Source: an uncultured Chloroflexia bacterium (GTDB taxonomy: Bacteria > Chloroflexota > Limnocylindria > Limnocylindrales > CSP1-4). From it: a stretch of 64,000 nucleotides of DNA. Where the stretch lies: the NCBI GenBank assembly GCA_963719145.1, contig CAVRAX010000006.1, forward strand, positions 55,159 to 119,158, in the 5' to 3' direction. Of the stretch, positions 1-8,494 are shown piece after piece; within the stretch, counting starts at the first letter, position 1; every line of letters starts with the position of its first letter. The translations under genes were made by a program, and so were the position numbers. The notes below the pieces were generated by a model. The model worked only from the letters and a program-made list of their open reading frames with translations, had not been told where the DNA came from and did no database searches.

Positions 1-44
1 TCGATCGTCGTGGCGGCCTGCGGCTCGTTCCTCAGGGTCGTCAT
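1..44 (-). CDS. 5' end of the next dcw gene (murD expected from gene order), partial
   Basis: ATG at 44-42 overlaps the mraY stop (ATGA). Reads MTTLRNEPQAATTI.. and runs off the window. Identity is inferred only from synteny. Confidence 0.3.
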   Translation of the reverse strand, partial: MTTLRNEPQAATTI

Positions 45-1021
45 CGCAACCGGTCGATCGAGGCCAGGAACAGGACCACCCCGAGCAGCCCGGCCAGGAT
101 GCCGACGATCCAGAACCGGAGGGTGATCTTCTCCTCGTGCCAGCCCGAAAGCTCGTAGTGGTGGTGGATCGGCGACATCTTGAAGATCCGCCGGCCGCCG
201 GTCAGGCGGTAGTAGCCGATCTGGAGCGCCACCGAGGCGGTCTCGACGACGAAGATCAGGCCGATCAGCGGCAGGACCAGGATTTGGCCGGTGATGAGGG
301 CGGTGACCGCGAGCGTCGCGCCCAGGGCCAGCGATCCCGAGTCGCCCATGATCACCTGGGCCGGGTGGACGTTGAACCAGAGGAATCCGAGGAGCGCGCC
401 GATGATCAAGGCACACAGGAAGGCGAGGTTCGGCTGGGTCGGCTCGTTGAGGATCGCGATGAGCATGAAGGCGACGAACGCGAAGATGAGCGTCCCGCCC
501 GCCAGGCCGTCGAGGCCGTCGGTGATGTTGACCCCGTTCGCGGCGCCGACGATCGCGAAGGCGGCGAAGGCGATGAAGAGCCACGGGTCGATCGAGACCG
601 CACCGATGAAAGGGACGGCGATCTGGTCGATCTCGTAGGTCGACTGGATCTGGAACGCGGCGACCGCGGCGACGACGACCAGCCAGAGCATCTTCTGGCG
701 GGCCCGGATGCCCTCGCCCGTTCGGACGTTCAGGTAGTCGTCGAAGGCGCCCAGGAGGCCGACGAGGACCAGCGTTGCCAGCGGGGCGATGATGCCCCGC
801 TCGGGCACCGACCGGAACATGTAGTAGACGGCCACGACGATGACGATGAGGAGGAGACCACCCATCGTCGGAACGCCCTCCTTGACGAGGTGGCTCTCGG
901 GGCCCTCGCGACGGATCCGCTTCCCGAATCCGACGACTTGAAGGAGGCGGATGTACGCCGGCATGAGGATCACGACGAGGGCGAAGGCGAGGAGGAGGCC
1001 CTGGATCAGCTCGACGGTCAC
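41..1021 (-). CDS. mraY: phospho-N-acetylmuramoyl-pentapeptide transferase
   Basis: 326-aa polytopic membrane ORF. MraY-type motifs are present: KEGVPTMGG, FDDYLNV, NITDGLDGLAGG, SPIHHHYEL. It lies after murF in the dcw cluster. Confidence 0.95.
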   Translation of the reverse strand: MTVELIQGLLLAFALVVILMPAYIRLLQVVGFGKRIRREGPESHLVKEGVPTMGGLLLIVIVVAVYYMFRSVPERGIIAPLATLVLVGLLGAFDDYLNVRTGEGIRARQKMLWLVVVAAVAAFQIQSTYEIDQIAVPFIGAVSIDPWLFIAFAAFAIVGAANGVNITDGLDGLAGGTLIFAFVAFMLIAILNEPTQPNLAFLCALIIGALLGFLWFNVHPAQVIMGDSGSLALGATLAVTALITGQILVLPLIGLIFVVETASVALQIGYYRLTGGRRIFKMSPIHHHYELSGWHEEKITLRFWIVGILAGLLGVVLFLASIDRLR

Positions 1022-2616
1022 GGTGAACCTACGGTCCCGAGCCGCTCGACGAGCCCCTCGACCACGATCTCCAGGGCGACGCCCCGCGACGCCTTCACGA
1101 GGACGACGTCACCAGGTCGGACGACGGCGGCGAGGCGATCGAGGGCCTCGTCCCGGTCGGCGGCGACGATGATCCGGTCGACCGGCAGACCCGCGTCCGC
1201 GGCCCCGGCCGCGATCCCCGCGGCCCCGGACCCGACGACGCACAGCCGGTCGCAGACCGCGGCCGCGGCCCGGCCGACATCGCGATGTCCGGACTCGGCG
1301 GCGGCCCCGAGCTCGAGCATCTCGCCGAGGACGGCCAGCCGGCGCCCCGGCAGCCCGCTCAGGAGCTCCAGGGCCGCGAGCATCGACGCCGGCGAGGCGT
1401 TGTACGCGTCATCGATGATCGTGACCTCGCCGGCCCGGACGATCTCGCCACGGTGCGGCGCGGACCAGCCGCCGGCGAGCGCCGCAACGATCGGCTCGGG
1501 GGCCATCCCGGCGGCGATGCCGACGGCGGCCCCGGCCAGGGCGTTGTGGACGGACAGCCGGCCCAGGGCGGGCACCGTGGCGGCGATCCGCCGCGGGCGC
1601 CCGTCCTGGTGCTCGGCCGGGAGGCGGAGCGTGAAGCGCATCCCCTCGAGGCCGGCCGATTCGACTGCCTCCGCGCCGACGTCGGCGTCGTCCCCGAAGC
1701 CGTAGCTCAGGACCGCGGCTTCGGTCCGGCCGGCCATTCGCCGGACCCGCGGATCGTTGGCGTTGAGGACCGCGACGCCGTCCGTCGGCAGGGCTTCGAT
1801 GAGCTCAGCCTTGGCGTCCTCGACGGCGTCGATCGTGCCGATCCGGCTCAGATGGACGCCGAGGACCGCGGTGACGACGCCGATCGCCGGCCGGGCCAGG
1901 CGGGCCAGGTCGCGAATCTCGCCGCCGACGTACATCCCCATCTCCAGCACCGCCGCCTCGTCGTCCGGGCCGAGCCGCAGCAGCGTCAGCGGCAGGCCGA
2001 TCTCGTTGTTCTGGTTGCCCTCGCTGCGGAGGGTCGGTCGATCCGCGGCCAGGACCGTCGCGACGGCCTCCTTCGTGGACGTCTTGGCGATGCTGCCCGT
2101 GACTCCCACGACCAGCGGGTCGAAGCGAGCCCGCCAATCCCCGGCGACGGCGTGGAGGGCCCGCAGCACATCGGGTACCACGAGGACGGTGACGTCGCCG
2201 AGGCGCTCGAGGTCAGACGCGGACGGGGCCCGCGAGACGAGAAGGGCGGCGGCGCCGGCCGCGACGGCGGCCCCGAGGAAGCGGTGCCCGTCCGTACGAT
2301 CTCCGGCGAGGGCCACGAACAGCTCACCCGGACGGACCAGCCGGGAGTCCACGGCCGCGCCGCGGATCATCCGGCCGGAGGATCGCAGCAGCCGGCCTCC
2401 GGTCGAAGCCTCCAGGTCGCGAGCGGTCAGGGCGCCCGCCCGCGATGTCGCACCGCCCCGGGCGTCGGCGTCGCGAGGGCGCGTCGGCCGGTCGTCGGTC
2501 ACGCCCGGAAGTGTCGCACAGCCCCTTGGCCCGGCGGCTGGCTGCGATCGACGGCCAGCGATTGCCGTCGACCGAGGCAGCGGACCTCGCGCGATGAGCG
2601 AGCCGGCGCCGGTCAT
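1018..2616 (-). CDS. murF: UDP-MurNAc-tripeptide--D-Ala-D-Ala ligase with a ~70-aa N-terminal extension
   Basis: The P-loop GVTGSIAKTSTKE and the DDAYNASP motif are MurF-type, not MurE-type. The ATG at 2616 overlaps the ftsI stop (ATGA). Confidence 0.9.
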   Translation of the reverse strand: MTGAGSLIARGPLPRSTAIAGRRSQPAAGPRGCATLPGVTDDRPTRPRDADARGGATSRAGALTARDLEASTGGRLLRSSGRMIRGAAVDSRLVRPGELFVALAGDRTDGHRFLGAAVAAGAAALLVSRAPSASDLERLGDVTVLVVPDVLRALHAVAGDWRARFDPLVVGVTGSIAKTSTKEAVATVLAADRPTLRSEGNQNNEIGLPLTLLRLGPDDEAAVLEMGMYVGGEIRDLARLARPAIGVVTAVLGVHLSRIGTIDAVEDAKAELIEALPTDGVAVLNANDPRVRRMAGRTEAAVLSYGFGDDADVGAEAVESAGLEGMRFTLRLPAEHQDGRPRRIAATVPALGRLSVHNALAGAAVGIAAGMAPEPIVAALAGGWSAPHRGEIVRAGEVTIIDDAYNASPASMLAALELLSGLPGRRLAVLGEMLELGAAAESGHRDVGRAAAAVCDRLCVVGSGAAGIAAGAADAGLPVDRIIVAADRDEALDRLAAVVRPGDVVLVKASRGVALEIVVEGLVERLGTVGSP

Positions 2617-4439
2617 CCGCTGACCTTGGGCAGCGGTCCCTCGGCGGGCGGGAGCTCGGGCAGGAGCCCGGGGATGCTGACGGCGTCGGTGGCGATCCGC
2701 CGGAAGAGCTCGAACGACATCACCGGCATCTCGAGCTGGCCGACCCGCCGGACGTTCGGCGTCCCCTCCTCGATCCGGATCGCGATCGTGAGGTCCGGGA
2801 CCCCGGTTCGGCGGCCGATGAAGCCGATGAACGAGAAATCGAAGACGCCCGACTTCCAGTTGTGGATCTCGTTGTCCCAGATCTGGGCGGTGCCGGTCTT
2901 GCCGCCGACGAAGTAGCCGGGGACGAGGGTCCGGTCGCGGTAGAAGGGGACGCTGGCCACCACGTGGTGCATGAGGTCGATGAGCGTCGGGCTCATGCTC
3001 GCGTCCAGGACCGAGCCCTGATCCAGGACCGTCGTCGGAACGCCGTCGACGGCCGCGACGACGTGGGGCGTCACGAGGGTCCCGCCGTTGATCATGGCCG
3101 AGAAGGCGACGGCCAGCTGCAGCGGGGTGACCGCCACGCCCTGGCCGAACGCCCCGTTGGCGAGGTCGATCTCGCGCCAGGGCGTCTCGGCCGGATCGTT
3201 CACCAGGCCGGAGACCTCGCCGGCGAGGTCGATGCCGGTCCGGCTGCCGAATCCGAGGCGAAGCCAGGTCGCGTGCAGCGCCGACGACGCCGCCCCGAGG
3301 GTCGGCGCGAGCCCGAGGGCGACCTTGGCCGCGACCACGTTCCGCGACCAGGCGATCGCGTCCTCGAGCTTGAGGGTGCCCATCGCCTTGCGGTCGGCGT
3401 CGTCGATCTTCGTCCGCCCGCCGTCGAGCCTGAGCGTGCCGGTGTCCTGGAACTCGGTCTTCATCGTCACGGTCCCGGCCTCGAGGCCGGCGATGACCGT
3501 GAGCATCTTGAAGACCGAGCCGGGCTCGTAGACCTCGGACACGACCGGGTCGACGAAGCGGCCGGGATCGACCGCGGCGATGGCGGCGTAGCCGTTGGCG
3601 TCGTACGAGGGGTAGGTCGCTTCGCCCAGGACCGCCCCCGTCGCCGGGTCCAGGATCACGGCCGAGACGCTCTTCGCCCGGTCGGCCACCCAGGCCGACA
3701 TGACCTCCTGCTCGAGGACGAGCTGGAGTCCGGCGTCGAGCGTCAGGCTGAGATCGGCGCCGGGCGTCCCGGCCTCGACGGTGTGCTGGGTCTCGATGAC
3801 CGGCTGGCCGTTCGCGTCGCGGTCGGATTCCACGATCGTGGGCGTCCCGGCAAGGAGCGCCTGGTAGTACTGCTCGACGCCGTACTGGCCCTCGCCGTCG
3901 CGGTTGACGAAGCCGAGGAGATGGGCGCCGAGTGACGTCTGCGGCCCGCCCCCCGACTGCGGATAGGTCCTCACCAATTCGGCCTCGAACGAGACGCCGG
4001 GGATGTGGGCCGACGCCGCCTGGGCCCGGATGGCGTCCGAGGCGTCCGGCGTCAGATCCCGAGCGACCACCAGGTACGAGCGGTCGGACTCGAGGCGCTG
4101 CCGGATCGCGACGGATCCGTCAACGTCGAGGCCGAGAACGTCGGTCAGGATCGCGCCGAGGGCGTCGCGCTGGGTCGGGTCCAGTCGCCGCGGGTCGACG
4201 ACGAGCCGATCCCGGGTGACGGTCTCGGCCAGGATGATCGTCCCGCTCCGATCGTAGATCGCGCCCCGCTGCGCCGGGATCTCCGTCCGGAGGAAGATCT
4301 GGCGGTGGGCGGCCTCGGCGAGATCTGCCTGGCGGGCGATCTGCCACCAGCCGAGGCGCGCCACGATGGCCCCTCCCGACAGCATGAAGACGAGCAGCAG
4401 GAAGAGCAGCCGCCCGCGCGAATCCGTCCGTCCCAGCAT
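2613..4439 (-). CDS. ftsI: class B penicillin-binding protein / septal transpeptidase
   Basis: 608 aa with an N-terminal TM anchor (LLFLLLVFMLSGGAIVA). Transpeptidase motifs SVFK (SxxK), SRN (SxN) and KTGT are present. dcw position. Confidence 0.9.
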   Translation of the reverse strand: MLGRTDSRGRLLFLLLVFMLSGGAIVARLGWWQIARQADLAEAAHRQIFLRTEIPAQRGAIYDRSGTIILAETVTRDRLVVDPRRLDPTQRDALGAILTDVLGLDVDGSVAIRQRLESDRSYLVVARDLTPDASDAIRAQAASAHIPGVSFEAELVRTYPQSGGGPQTSLGAHLLGFVNRDGEGQYGVEQYYQALLAGTPTIVESDRDANGQPVIETQHTVEAGTPGADLSLTLDAGLQLVLEQEVMSAWVADRAKSVSAVILDPATGAVLGEATYPSYDANGYAAIAAVDPGRFVDPVVSEVYEPGSVFKMLTVIAGLEAGTVTMKTEFQDTGTLRLDGGRTKIDDADRKAMGTLKLEDAIAWSRNVVAAKVALGLAPTLGAASSALHATWLRLGFGSRTGIDLAGEVSGLVNDPAETPWREIDLANGAFGQGVAVTPLQLAVAFSAMINGGTLVTPHVVAAVDGVPTTVLDQGSVLDASMSPTLIDLMHHVVASVPFYRDRTLVPGYFVGGKTGTAQIWDNEIHNWKSGVFDFSFIGFIGRRTGVPDLTIAIRIEEGTPNVRRVGQLEMPVMSFELFRRIATDAVSIPGLLPELPPAEGPLPKVSG

Positions 4440-4461
4440 CGGTCTGCTGCCTCCGACCGCG

Positions 4462-4848
4462 TCAGCGCGCCGGGATGATCAGGGGCGCTCCGAGCTGGCC
4501 GAGTCCGCTGTCGAGGCCTCCCTTCCGGATGGCCGGCTCCGCGCCCAACCGGTTGATGTCGGAGCGAAGATCCTGCAGCCGCGCCTCGAGGCGCTCGTAT
4601 TGCGAGGAGAGGCGGACGATGTCGTAGCTCGTCGCGGCGACGCGCACGGACTGCGACAGGGACAGGAAGGCGAGGGTGAAGGCGACGATGATCGCCGCCA
4701 GGATCCCCCCGACCCGGGTCGGCCGGCGGGCGCGGACGAGCCCGCCGGTCGCCGACTTGGGGCGATCGAGAAAGGTCGGCCGGTCGAGGTCGAGCGACGG
4801 ACGTGGAAGCTCGAATCCGCGCCGCCGGGCGCCCTGGTAGACGGCCAT
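4462..4848 (-). CDS. FtsL-like cell-division protein
   Basis: 128 aa: a basic N-terminus, a single TM (ILAAIIVAFTLAFLSL), then a coiled-coil-like segment (YERLEARLQDLRSDINRL). It sits between rsmH and ftsI. Confidence 0.6.
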   Translation of the reverse strand: MAVYQGARRRGFELPRPSLDLDRPTFLDRPKSATGGLVRARRPTRVGGILAAIIVAFTLAFLSLSQSVRVAATSYDIVRLSSQYERLEARLQDLRSDINRLGAEPAIRKGGLDSGLGQLGAPLIIPAR

Positions 4849-5042
4849 CAGTCGACGAAGCCGAACCGCAGGCGGGGCGACCGCGGGTCATGGAAGGAGA
4901 GCGGATCCGCCTGGGCTTCCGCGGACTCGGCCCAGTTCACCTCCGGGCGGCCGCGTTCGACCCGGCGATCGTGGCGCTCATGGACCTCGTGCTGCCGGCG
5001 GCCGTACGCCCGGCGTCGGCTGGCCTGGTGGCGCTTGCTCAT
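4848..5042 (-). CDS. small highly basic hypothetical protein (64 aa)
   Basis: An internal ATG at 5042 is preceded by GAGAGGAG. Codons are G/C-ending. The stop overlaps the ftsL ATG (TGATG). Sequence MSKRHQASRRRAYGRRQHEVHERHDRR...; no family recognised. Confidence 0.4.
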   Translation of the reverse strand: MSKRHQASRRRAYGRRQHEVHERHDRRVERGRPEVNWAESAEAQADPLSFHDPRSPRLRFGFVD

Positions 5043-5103
5043 GCGGGGCTCCTCTCTCTGCTCAGCCCGGCGGCACCTCCCCGCCGGTCTCCTCACGCGA
5101 TGG

Positions 5104-6102
5104 CTAGGCCGCGAGTCGTTCCGCGGCCCGGAGCCGAGCGCTCCGGGCACGGGGGTTGGCGGTGCGCTCGGCGTCGCTCGGGACGAGGCCCTTGCGAACG
5201 ACGAGGCGGAGGCGCGGCGCTCGGCCGCAGACGCAGACCGGAGCCTCGGGCGGGCAGATGCAGCCCCGCCGCTCCGCCTGGAAGAAGCGCTTGACGATGC
5301 GGTCCTCGAGGGAGTGGTAGCTGACCACGACGAGCCGGCCCCCGGGCCGGAGCAGGTCGAGCGCGCCGGCGAGCCCCGCCTCGAGCGCGTCGAGCTCCTC
5401 GTTCACGGCGATCCGGAGAGCCTGGAAGACGCGGGTCGCGGGATGGACCCGGCGTCGACCCGGGGCCCGTGCCGGCGCAACCCGCTCGACGAGCGCCGCG
5501 AGCTCCTCGGCCGTCCGGATCGGGGCCGCCCGGCGAGCCTCGGCGACGGCCCGGGCGATCCGCCCGGCGAACGGCTCCTCGCCGTAGCGGCGGAAGAGGG
5601 CGGTGAGCTCGGCCGCGTCGAGGGCTGCCAGCAGCTCACTCGCCGGGATCCCCCGGCCGGTGTCGAAGCGCATGTCGAGCGGGCCGCCGGTCCGGAACCC
5701 GAAGCCGCGGTCCGAGTCGGCCAGCTGGAAGCTCGACAGCCCGAGGTCGAAGAAACAACCGTCCACGGCCCCGAAGCCCTCGGCCGGGCCGACCTCGGCG
5801 AGGTCCCGGAAGTTCGCCTGGCGGAGCCGGAGTCGCTCGCCGAAGCGCGCGGCCAGGCGGGCGCGGACTCTGGCGATGGCCGCCCCATCGGCGTCGAGAC
5901 CGAGGAGGCGGCCATCAGGGTCGGAGGCTTCGAGAATCCGTTCGGCGTGCCCACCCCCTCCGAGGGTGGCGTCGATGTGGAGGCTGCCAGGGCCGGGCGC
6001 GAGCATCGTCACGACCTCCGCGGCCATCACCGGCACGTGCCCGTCGGGCGCCACGGCCCCGTCCCGGGGAGCCGTCCGTGTCGCCGCGCGGCGTCGCTCC
6101 AT
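5104..6102 (-). CDS. rsmH: 16S rRNA (cytosine1402-N4)-methyltransferase
   Basis: HVPVMAAEVV, DATLGGGGHAE (SAM site) and FDLGLSSFQLAD motifs. It is the second gene of the dcw cluster. Confidence 0.93.
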   Translation of the reverse strand: MERRRAATRTAPRDGAVAPDGHVPVMAAEVVTMLAPGPGSLHIDATLGGGGHAERILEASDPDGRLLGLDADGAAIARVRARLAARFGERLRLRQANFRDLAEVGPAEGFGAVDGCFFDLGLSSFQLADSDRGFGFRTGGPLDMRFDTGRGIPASELLAALDAAELTALFRRYGEEPFAGRIARAVAEARRAAPIRTAEELAALVERVAPARAPGRRRVHPATRVFQALRIAVNEELDALEAGLAGALDLLRPGGRLVVVSYHSLEDRIVKRFFQAERRGCICPPEAPVCVCGRAPRLRLVVRKGLVPSDAERTANPRARSARLRAAERLAA

Positions 6103-6111
6103 TCGGTCGAC

Positions 6112-6540
6112 CTAGATCCCGAGGCCCTGGATGGCCCTGGCGAAGGCCTCCGGGTCGTCCATCGCCCGGCGGTAGTCCGCCCACGTCGCGGGCGCCCAGA
6201 TCTCGGCGTGGTCCCTGGCCCCGACGACGACGGCCTCGGTCTCCAGCCCGATTCCCTCCCGGAGATAGGCCGGCAGGAGGATCCGGCCCTGGCGATCCAG
6301 CTCGGCCTCGCCGGCGCCGGCGAAGACGCTCCGGCCGAAGAGACGAGCCGACGCGTCGGTGAGGGGCAGGGCCGCGACCTTGTCGGCGAGCTCCGCCCAG
6401 CCGGCCCGGGTATGGATGGCCAGGCAACCGTCGATCCAGCGAGACACCACGGCGCCACCGTCGAGCTGAGCGCGGAAGCGGGACGGGACGGCGAGCCGTC
6501 CCTTGTCGTCCACCGTGTGCCGGTACTCGCCGGTGAACAC
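6112..6540 (-). CDS. mraZ: transcriptional regulator MraZ
   Basis: An in-frame GTG at 6540 gives the canonical N-terminus MFTGEYRHTVDDKGRLAVPSRFR. A second DxxGR repeat is present (LDRQGRILLPAYLR). The longer track ORF (to 6678) adds non-homologous residues. Confidence 0.9.
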   Translation of the reverse strand: MFTGEYRHTVDDKGRLAVPSRFRAQLDGGAVVSRWIDGCLAIHTRAGWAELADKVAALPLTDASARLFGRSVFAGAGEAELDRQGRILLPAYLREGIGLETEAVVVGARDHAEIWAPATWADYRRAMDDPEAFARAIQGLGI

Positions 6541-6672
6541 CTGTCGGGTGACCCCTAGGTTGTCGAGGTTTCGACGGGCCCGCGGCGGCGGCCGCGGGCC
6601 CGTCACTGGAGTCGCGGCGTCCCGGTGTGCCCGTCCGGTTCGGCCGCTGATGGCGCCGGGTCCGAAGTGGTT

Positions 6673-6699
6673 CCCCACTTCTCCCCACTTTTCGCCACT
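6673..6699 (-). promoter_or_regulatory. three 10-bp-phased direct repeats (AGTGGCG / AGTGGGG / AGTGGGG), candidate MraZ boxes
   Basis: The minus strand reads AGTGGCGAAAAGTGGGGAGAAGTGGGGAAC. Repeated GTGG(G) boxes at 10-bp spacing upstream of mraZ match the known MraZ operator architecture. Confidence 0.6.
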
Positions 6700-6705
6700 G
6701 CGGGC

Positions 6706-6733
6706 ATCATAGCGCGTCGTGGGCGCACGTCAA
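6706..6733 (-). promoter_or_regulatory. candidate mra promoter (TTGACG - 16 nt - TATGAT)
   Basis: The minus strand reads TTGACGTGCGCCCACGACGCGCTATGAT. It lies directly upstream of the repeat boxes and about 165 nt upstream of the mraZ start. Confidence 0.55.
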
Positions 6734-6827
6734 CGGGGTATTTCAGACGAGTCTTGCCGGCCAGGCGGCCCAGGCCGTGATCGGGCGGTGACCTGGGGCG
6801 GGGGCAGGGACGGGTTGGCGCCCGGCT

Positions 6828-7634
6828 TCAGCGCGTCGGCGGCGGGAGGGTGATCTTGTCTCCGGGCTGGATCGTGGCCGGGTCGGCGATCTGTGAATTG
6901 AGCTCGAGGACCGTGGCGTACGGCACGCCGAAGTAGTTGGCGATGCTCATGAGGTTGTCGCCGATGCGGACGGTGTAGACGTAGCAGTCGGGCTTCCCCG
7001 GGCACGGCTCGAGGAGCGCGTATCGGTTGCTCGTCGGCGATGGCGCTGGACCGGTCGTCGGCGGGGGAAGCGTGGGCCCGGGCAGTTCGGTCGGTTCGAC
7101 AGGCGTTGGCTCAGGCGTCGGCTCAGGCGTCAGCTCGGGGGTCGTGGCGGGAGTCGACGCGACCGTCGGGCTCGCGACGGCGGCCGCCGAGCTGTCGGGC
7201 GAGGCAAGTGGCAGATCCAGCCCACCGCGGAGGGCTACGAACGACACCGCCGCCGACCCCGCGGCAACGAGGAAGAGCGTCGCGACGATGACCGCCGGCG
7301 TCAGGGTTCGCTGGCCTCGAGCGGTCGCTGCCGCCCCTTGGTCGCCGTCATCGGCCCCGGTGGCGACGGTCCCATCCGGGACCGGATCGGCATTGGCGGC
7401 CAGGTATCGAGGGCAGGTGACGTGGTCGGCGACCAGGCACGCTGCGCGCTGCTGCCCCGCCTCCTGGGGGTCCGGCGTCCCCGTCGCGACACAGCGGTTC
7501 CGCGGGTCGACGATCTCGACCGGCGGGCCGATCAGGTCGTCGGCGTCGACGGCGCGGAGGAACGGGCAGATCGACGGATCCGGGGAGCGATGCTCGGGTT
7601 GGATCAGCCTGGCGCGCTCGAGCTCCCCGTCCAC
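6828..7634 (-). CDS. membrane-anchored LysM peptidoglycan-binding protein
   Basis: GTG start with GGAGGG upstream. The N-terminus is Cys-containing (CPFLRA...CPRYL), followed by a TM ([21 protein letters not shown]) and a Pro/Thr/Glu linker. The C-terminal LysM is [27 protein letters not shown]. Confidence 0.8.
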   Translation of the reverse strand: MDGELERARLIQPEHRSPDPSICPFLRAVDADDLIGPPVEIVDPRNRCVATGTPDPQEAGQQRAACLVADHVTCPRYLAANADPVPDGTVATGADDGDQGAAATARGQRTLTPAVIVATLFLVAAGSAAVSFVALRGGLDLPLASPDSSAAAVASPTVASTPATTPELTPEPTPEPTPVEPTELPGPTLPPPTTGPAPSPTSNRYALLEPCPGKPDCYVYTVRIGDNLMSIANYFGVPYATVLELNSQIADPATIQPGDKITLPPPTR

Positions 7635-7667
7635 GAACCCTCCGTGACTCCCTCCTGAACGGCCGAG

Positions 7668-7673
7668 ACTCTA
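7668..7673 (-). promoter_or_regulatory. candidate -10 (TAGAGT) for the LysM gene
   Basis: The minus strand has TAGAGT about 34 nt upstream of the GTG at 7634. It fits the TANNNT pattern seen at other genes in this window. Confidence 0.3.
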
Positions 7674-7706
7674 GTACCTTTTCCTCGTAGCCGCGCCGTC
7701 CGGCCG

Positions 7707-8021
7707 ATGGTAGTGTGCGGCACCTGCATCGACGCCGGGTCGTTGAGGAGCACCGTCACCATCGAGGCCCCAGGAACCGTGGCCCTGCCGCTGAGCGTCA
7801 CGAGCCCCGCCACCGATCCGTACCGGCTCGCCCCGCATCGGATCCGCCGCTGCACGTTTCGCCGCCTGATCCAGGTCGAGGTGCGGGACCAGCGCGTGTA
7901 CGACGTGGAATGCCTCTACCCCGATCGGAAGATTCCGATCCCGATCGGCGACCTCGACGCGGCCATGCCGGTCTGCAACACCTGCACCGCGGCCCACATC
8001 TTCCGCCCCGACGAGGATTGA
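7707..8021 (+). CDS. small Cys-rich hypothetical protein (104 aa)
   Basis: Strong G/C third-position bias. Contains CGTC near the N-terminus and CNTC near the C-terminus (a possible Cys4 site). No family recognised; convergent with rnpB. Confidence 0.5.
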   Translation: MVVCGTCIDAGSLRSTVTIEAPGTVALPLSVTSPATDPYRLAPHRIRRCTFRRLIQVEVRDQRVYDVECLYPDRKIPIPIGDLDAAMPVCNTCTAAHIFRPDED

Positions 8022-8057
8022 CGCCGCCTCGGCCGCGCGGCGACCGGGATGCTGAGT

Positions 8058-8422
8058 TCTTGCCAGCGAGGCGACCTGTAAGCCGAGTTCTGTCCCGCGA
8101 TCGCTCGCGGCGATGGCCATCCATCTGAGGCCGGCGGTCGCCCGCCGGCTCGTGCGGCCGACCCGAGGGCTGGGCAGCGCACCTCTCCCCCGGCGAACCG
8201 GGTTACGCCCTCCTACTTGGCCTTGCTCCGGGTAGAGCTTGCCCCGTTTCACTCCGCCTCGGCGGACCCGGAGGTCCGCCGGGCAGCATCGTCACTGTGG
8301 CGCTCGTCCTCGCCTCGCGGCGGGCGGGCGTTACCCGCTACCCTGCGCTGTGGAGCTCGGACTTTCCTCACGCCGCCGGGTTGCCCCGCCGTCGCGCGGC
8401 CATCCGGTCGCCTCGCTGGCCC
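8058..8422 (-). ncRNA. rnpB: RNase P RNA, bacterial type A
   Basis: The minus strand contains GAGGAAAGUCCGAGCUCCACAG, GGGUAACGCCC and ACAGAACUCGGCUUACAG. The P1 helix is formed by 5' CCAGCGAGGCGACC (8419-8406) and 3' GGUCGCCUCGCUGG (8076-8063). Confidence 0.9.
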
Positions 8423-8426
8423 TCTG

Positions 8427-8432
8427 ATTCTA
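8427..8432 (-). promoter_or_regulatory. -10 element (TAGAAT) of rnpB
   Basis: TAGAAT on the minus strand ends 6-7 nt before the first P1 nucleotide (about 8420). Confidence 0.5.
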
Positions 8433-8494
8433 CGCGCTCGGCCCGGATCCTCCGGCGGAGGACGCAGTCGAGGGCTGACGGAGGCGTTCGCGAG

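Noticed and set aside
137-1705. 522-aa plus-strand ORF, and many similar long ORFs: 1285-2916, 4366-6558, 10347-11555, 12012-13520, 15239-16411, 28766-29758, 33653-35188, 43966-45627 and 61855-63498
   Set aside because: They run antisense to, or out of frame with, genes that have unmistakable family motifs. Their translations are low-complexity Arg/Pro/Gly/Asp strings, typical of stop-codon-poor frames in high-GC DNA.
7671-8252. 193-aa minus-strand ORF and the overlapping 8217-8954 / 8297-8905 plus-strand ORFs
   Set aside because: The RNase P RNA gene and the RNase H gene explain this stretch. The ORF translations have no protein-like features.
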